DNA of 63,250 bases, filler included. It is 6 parts of 6 records of this genome, joined end to end, with 100 filler letters (N's around TTAATTAATTAA, not from the genome) between each part and the next. Parts side by side here need not be neighbours in the genome. Positions count along the whole stretch, not along the records: positions 55,167 to 63,250 come from DRR723986_10330; 5 more parts are not named here. One strand, given 5' to 3'. Below, one piece after another: positions 59,418-63,250 of this stretch. A program made the position numbers and the translations under genes. Within the stretch, counting starts at the first letter, position 1. Every line of letters starts with the position of its first letter. The notes under the pieces are model-generated. The model made no database searches and was not told the origin of the DNA. It saw only the letters and a list, made by a program, of their open reading frames with translations.

Positions 59418-60745
59418 CCCTTATCAGTACCTAAAAAGTAATTGTGGCTGTTCATTGCAATCTCATAGTAGGGTAAAATATAGGAGATGCTTTCTCCACT
59501 GCTATTTACTATTGGAAGTTGGCTGAGGGAGTAGGATTGAAGTACTGCGGAATCCAGCATGATCACTGGGGAAGAGAGTTCTTCTATTTCTATGATAGTC
59601 GCTACAGGTACATCTTTTGCAACTGGGTTTGTTCTAAACTGTATTAGCTTTTGCTGCAGAGGGATTACCAGAAGAAAGGATAGGAAATTCAACCCAATGA
59701 GACCGTAGCTAATATTTTTGTTGATAGTGATAAGAGATAGGTTTAGAAACAAGACCATAGGACTGTACATTCTCAACTCAGACCAGTCATAATTCTTGTA
59801 TAGAACAATATTGAAGATCAAAAGGATACTAAGTATGACGACTCCAAAAAGAAGGATTCTGCTTTTACTTACAAGAAACAGCGAGCTTAGTAGTGATAAC
59901 CCAATCCATAGTTTTTGAAGGGTATAAAATTTTCCCTCAGTGAAATGTAACGCAAAATAGATGTTGCGCTTAATATTGAAGAAAATGCTATCCCAAGCAT
60001 CTCCGAAATTTCCCAATTCAATCATCGACCCTAAGCCAGAAAATGTATTTGGAACCTGCTCATGCAGATAATATTGCGTCAAAAAAGGAAGCAAAAACCC
60101 CAAGAGTACAAATGCCCATTTCCAAATTGAACTGGGTCTTTCCAATAGAAATGGTAATCCAATAAACGCAAAAAACCAGGTGCTTCGGATGAAACCTAGC
60201 ACTAGAATCAAAAGTGCAAGGATGATAAAGCTTTTTTTATCAGGTCTTTTGATATACCGTAGTGCTGATAAGAATAAAAAGATTCCTCCTGCTACATGGA
60301 TCAGTTCTGGTAAAAAAGTGGTGGAATAGAAAAATACAAAAGGAGAGGCTAGGATAACTATAGTTTGAAGTAGCTTTTCTGTCCAACTTATACTTTTTCT
60401 TAGGTTCAATACAACTAGGGAAAGAAGCAAAACCCCTACATTAATAATTACAATATTCAAGTTCCACCATCCAACTACTAAGGACACCCCTCCATAAAGA
60501 ATAGGATAGCCTACACCGTGGGCATCCAATCCCCAAAGCCTTGAGCCAAAACCACTATAAGTGAATGTAGCCTTTAGACTTAGGGTTCTTGCAACACTTT
60601 CAGCGTTCTTAAAATAAAAATACTCATCGCCATAATAGGGAGAATAAGTCGAGTCTAAGAAGGAGAAAAAATAGACATACAAAGCTAATACAACTAAGGC
60701 AAGACCTATTAGTAGTTGAATTGTTCTGTCTTTAGTAACAATCAT
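59378..60745 (-). CDS. Polytopic membrane protein, GT-C-like
   Basis: YYGDEYFY after TM1; many TM helices; convergent 40-bp overlap with the previous gene. Confidence 0.7.
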   Translation of the reverse strand: MIVTKDRTIQLLIGLALVVLALYVYFFSFLDSTYSPYYGDEYFYFKNAESVARTLSLKATFTYSGFGSRLWGLDAHGVGYPILYGGVSLVVGWWNLNIVIINVGVLLLSLVVLNLRKSISWTEKLLQTIVILASPFVFFYSTTFLPELIHVAGGIFLFLSALRYIKRPDKKSFIILALLILVLGFIRSTWFFAFIGLPFLLERPSSIWKWAFVLLGFLLPFLTQYYLHEQVPNTFSGLGSMIELGNFGDAWDSIFFNIKRNIYFALHFTEGKFYTLQKLWIGLSLLSSLFLVSKSRILLFGVVILSILLIFNIVLYKNYDWSELRMYSPMVLFLNLSLITINKNISYGLIGLNFLSFLLVIPLQQKLIQFRTNPVAKDVPVATIIEIEELSSPVIMLDSAVLQSYSLSQLPIVNSSGESISYILPYYEIAMNSHNYFLGTDKGQINVSKAKILTQ

Positions 60746-60820
60746 GAATGTCTCTTTCAGCAAGGTATAAATATCTAGGCCAGCCCGATTCCATTCAATA
60801 AAGATTGATATTTATAGCGC

Positions 60821-60871
60821 AACCTCCAACTTCCCACTTCCCACTTCCCGACTTCCTAACCTCCGGCTACC
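60821..60871 (+). repeat. Heptamer array, (A/C)ACTTCC class
   Basis: aacctcc aacttcc cacttcc cacttcc c gacttcc t aacctcc ggctacc. Confidence 0.85.
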
Positions 60872-60906
60872 AACCCAACTTTTTCGCCATTAATTGCAAA
60901 ATCCAT

Positions 60907-60950
60907 TTACCCGAGTAAATTTGTTACTCAGTGAGTAAGTTTATTACTCA
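60907..60950. promoter_or_regulatory. Tandem palindromic operator (T/C)GAGTAA-N5-TTACTCA x2
   Basis: TTACCC GAGTAA atttg TTACTCA g TGAGTAA gttta TTACTCA. Confidence 0.75.
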
Positions 60951-61093
60951 GCCAGCTATTTCCCAAGAACGGGAGTGAAGGAGCGAAGCTGTCCGCCCTC
61001 CGCCGTAAGCGGAACTTAAAATTTAAAATGAATAATTACTTAATAGTAACTGCTATTGTTTCTAACTTTAATCGAATAATGGATTAATTACTA

Positions 61094-61155
61094 ATTTTAA
61101 ATTATCCCATTTTCCATTTTAAATTATCCATTTTTTCATTTTAAATTCTTTCACT
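61094..61155 (+). repeat. G-free ATT-class array (22-nt units beginning ATTTTAAATT) abutting ATG 61156
   Basis: Units start at 61094, 61116 and 61138; inverted copy TTAAAATTTAAAATGAATAATT at 61016-61037. Confidence 0.85.
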
Positions 61156-61509
61156 ATGGCAAATATTATTGTTGACAAAACTTTCAAATTTGCTCAGGAA
61201 ATAATCACTGTTTACCTGGATTTAAGAGAAAAGGGGCACTATAAACTTGCTGATCAACTAGTAAAATCCGGGACATCGATTGGTGCAAATGTAGAAGAAG
61301 CTCAGGCGGCCCACTCCAAACTTGACTTTATCGCAAAACTCACAATTTCAAATAAAGAAGCACGAGAAACTAGGTATTGGATGCGTCTTCTAGACCGAAA
61401 AGAACTGCTGTTAGAGCATGGTTCCATGCCTTATCTTAAATCAGAAATCGAAGAAATAATCATGCTACTCAATTCTATTATCAAGAAATCCCGCGAAAAC
61501 CTTAAGTAG
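61156..61509 (+). CDS. Four helix bundle protein (23S rRNA IVP / Avd-like family)
   Basis: QLVKSGTSIGANVEEAQAAHSKLDFIAKLTISNKEARETRYW signature. Confidence 0.93.
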   Translation: MANIIVDKTFKFAQEIITVYLDLREKGHYKLADQLVKSGTSIGANVEEAQAAHSKLDFIAKLTISNKEARETRYWMRLLDRKELLLEHGSMPYLKSEIEEIIMLLNSIIKKSRENLK

Positions 61510-61554
61510 CTAATCTATTATCAGAAGCCATCAGAGGCCAATAGAATTCGCCCC

Positions 61555-61642
61555 ATTTTAAATTCTAAATTTTACATTTTACATTTTACATTCTCCATTC
61601 CTCCATTTTAAATTCTCAATTCCCTTCATTTTAAATTATTAA
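61555..61642 (+). repeat. G-free ATT-class heptamer array abutting GTG 61643
   Basis: attttaa attctaa (attttac)3 attctcc attcctcc attttaa attctca attcccttc attttaa attatta. Confidence 0.92.
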
Positions 61643-62149
61643 GTGCTCGAATCCCTCGTCACCTCCAAAACCCGCATCAAACTTCTCCTGAAGTTCTTTT
61701 CCCATGCCAATTCAGGCTACCTGCGTTCCCTCGCCAAGGAGTTTGATGAGTCTACGAATTCGGTACGGATAGAATTGAACCGCCTGACCGAAGCCGGATT
61801 GCTGGTGTCGGAAGATGAAGGCAAAACAAAAATGTATAAGGCCAATACTAATCACCCCTTCTTCGAAGAAATCAAAGGGATGGTTTCCAAATTCCTGGGA
61901 CTAGATGACCTCATGGAACGTATTGTCAAAAGAATGGGGGAGGTAGACAAGGCTTATATCATAGGAGATTATGCCAAAGGAATTGACTCAGGCACCATTC
62001 AGATGATACTTATCGGAAAGGACCTGGATAGAGAATACTTGGACTTCATAAAAGAAAAAACCTACGAAAAAGTCCAACGAAAAGTAGAAGTTTCTATCCT
62101 CACCACCGACCCCGGGGATATTCAAGGTATTCTGGTTTACGGGAAGTGA
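61643..62149 (+). CDS. Winged-helix (ArsR-like) regulator fused to a degenerate nucleotidyltransferase-fold domain
   Basis: SKTRIKLL...YLRSLAKEFDESTNSVRIELNRL..AGLL; C-terminal IIGDYAKGIDSGTIQMILIG. Confidence 0.8.
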   Translation: MLESLVTSKTRIKLLLKFFSHANSGYLRSLAKEFDESTNSVRIELNRLTEAGLLVSEDEGKTKMYKANTNHPFFEEIKGMVSKFLGLDDLMERIVKRMGEVDKAYIIGDYAKGIDSGTIQMILIGKDLDREYLDFIKEKTYEKVQRKVEVSILTTDPGDIQGILVYGK

Positions 62150-62171
62150 ATTTCAAATTACTAATTGCCCC

Positions 62172-62260
62172 ATTTTAAATTCTCAATTCCTCCATTTTAA
62201 ATTCTCAATTTTTTCATTTTAAATTTTCAATTCTCAATTCCTCCATTTTAAATTTTACAT
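62172..62260 (+). repeat. G-free ATT-class heptamer array abutting TTG 62261
   Basis: attttaa attctca attcctcc attttaa attctca attttttc attttaa attttca attctca attcctcc attttaa attttac. Confidence 0.92.
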
Positions 62261-63082
62261 TTGAAAGACAACATAAAAATCATCCAACCCACCTCAGGCT
62301 GGCAACTCATAGATTTCAAGGAACTCTGGCGATATAAGGATCTCCTTTATTTCCTCACCTTAAGAGGCATCAAAGCCCGATATGCCCAGTCAGTTTTGGG
62401 AGTAGCTTGGGCAATTATCCAACCCCTTTTTACTACTGTAGTATTTACAGTAGTCTTTGGCAACTTAGCTGATGTGGATTCAGATGGCATTCCTTACGCC
62501 CTGTTTTCCTACCTGGCACTGTGGCCTTGGAATTACTTTTCAGGTACCCTTACCGAATCTGCTAATTCCCTGATCCAAAACGCCAACATGATTACCAAAG
62601 TCTATTTCCCGAGAATGGTGCTACCCCTAAGTTCCATACTGTCCAAACTTCTAGACTTTCTGATTGCCTTTGTAGTAGTGATCGGGATGATGATCTATTA
62701 TCAGATCACTCCAGGTTGGGGTTTGCTAGTTTTGCCTTTATTGATCATCCAACTCCTCATGTGCAGCCTAGGCGTGGGCATGATGCTTTCTGCCATGGCT
62801 GTGAAATACAGAGACGTGAAGCATGCATTGACCTTTGTAGTTCAGCTTTTACTCTATGCAGCCCCGGTAGTTTACAGTACCACTGCAGTGCCTGAAGTTT
62901 ACCAGAAATTCTATATCCTCAATCCCATGGTTGGAGTCATTGAAGGTTTCAGAGCCGCATTCCTCGACCGTCCCATGCCCTGGGAATGGATCTGGCCAGG
63001 TTCTATTGTGGCCTTGGTCTTATTCATCTTCGGCATGATGTACTTTCGGAGGATGGAACGCATATTCGCCGATGTTGCATAA
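62261..63082 (+). CDS. wzm: ABC-2 polysaccharide export permease
   Basis: ELWRYKDLL, RYAQSVLGVAWAIIQP, KVYFPR, LNPM..IEGFR and FADV motifs. Confidence 0.9.
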   Translation: MKDNIKIIQPTSGWQLIDFKELWRYKDLLYFLTLRGIKARYAQSVLGVAWAIIQPLFTTVVFTVVFGNLADVDSDGIPYALFSYLALWPWNYFSGTLTESANSLIQNANMITKVYFPRMVLPLSSILSKLLDFLIAFVVVIGMMIYYQITPGWGLLVLPLLIIQLLMCSLGVGMMLSAMAVKYRDVKHALTFVVQLLLYAAPVVYSTTAVPEVYQKFYILNPMVGVIEGFRAAFLDRPMPWEWIWPGSIVALVLFIFGMMYFRRMERIFADVA

Positions 63083-63168
63083 TTGGTTGTTAGTTGTATG
63101 TTGTTAGTTAACCCCACCAACGAACAACCACCAACGAACAACCCCTGTCCGCCGTGGCGGAAACAACC
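63083..63168. repeat. Inverted pair of heptamer arrays (TTRGTTG class, then AACAACC class) with an embedded 18-bp hairpin
   Basis: ttggttg ttagttg tatgttg ttagtta / accaacg aacaacc accaacg aacaacc [cctgtccgccgtggcgga] aacaacc. Confidence 0.85.
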
Positions 63169-63192
63169 AACACTCCACCTTATTGAGAAGGC

Positions 63193-63250
63193 ATTTTCAA
63201 TTCTCAATTTTCAATTCTCAATTTTCAATTCATCATTTTCAATTCATCAT
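63193..63250 (+). repeat. G-free ATT-class heptamer array running off the window end
   Basis: (attttca attctca)2 (attttca attcatc)2 at; short inverted copy ATTGAGAA at 63182-63189. Confidence 0.92.

Noticed and set aside
61156-61509. Avd-like gene as part of a diversity-generating retroelement or a 23S rRNA intervening sequence
   Set aside because: No reverse transcriptase, no TR/VR pair with adenine-specific mismatches and no rRNA in the contig
61094-62260. Repeat arrays as a CRISPR array
   Set aside because: Units are 7-22 nt, degenerate and contiguous, with no unique spacers and no cas genes

Overview
This window is not one locus. It is six unrelated contigs joined by 100-nt N spacers that carry an artificial TTAATTAATTAA linker (gaps 11018-11117, 21966-22065, 38000-38099, 44827-44926, 55067-55166). 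Taxonomic labels below are inferred from gene content and style, not from searches. (1) 1-11017, roseobacter-like housekeeping region (tyrS, uup, olsB-like, bamE, yceD, rpmF-plsX-fabH-ihfA-MerR, tRNA-Pro 5' end), with a 42-aa membrane ORF missed by the ORF track. (2) 11118-21965, Marinobacter-like (imelysin, DUF1513, MFS, MCP, phoX with Pho boxes, alkB, crotonase). (3) 22066-37999, Rhodobacteraceae-like, between tRNA-Leu and tRNA-Ala 3' ends, with an AT-rich GT10/GT11/GT25/FkbM glycan island and a GGT-M20-acyl-CoA ligase-TAXI-TRAP cluster. (4) 38100-44826, planctomycete-like (cysD, cysNC, DUF2461, hpt, glycosyltransferase, stand-alone WYL protein). (5) 44927-55066, FCB-group-like: a TPR-LuxR regulator, two paralogous secreted Cys-motif proteins bracketing a propeller-like and a thioredoxin-like gene, a SnoaL-SnoaL-hydrolase fusion with internal ribosome-binding sites, AraC and tRNA-Phe. 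(6) 55167-63250, Cyclobacteriaceae-like surface-glycan locus. The best candidate for an undescribed system is in contig 6. There, several classes of 7-nt-periodic tandem arrays fill the intergenic spaces, and the G-free ATT-class arrays run up to the start codons of an Avd/IVP-like four-helix-bundle gene, a wHTH-degenerate nucleotidyltransferase gene and wzm. The block lies downstream of a tandem TGAGTAA-N5-TTACTCA operator. The second candidate is the secreted-paralog cassette of contig 5.
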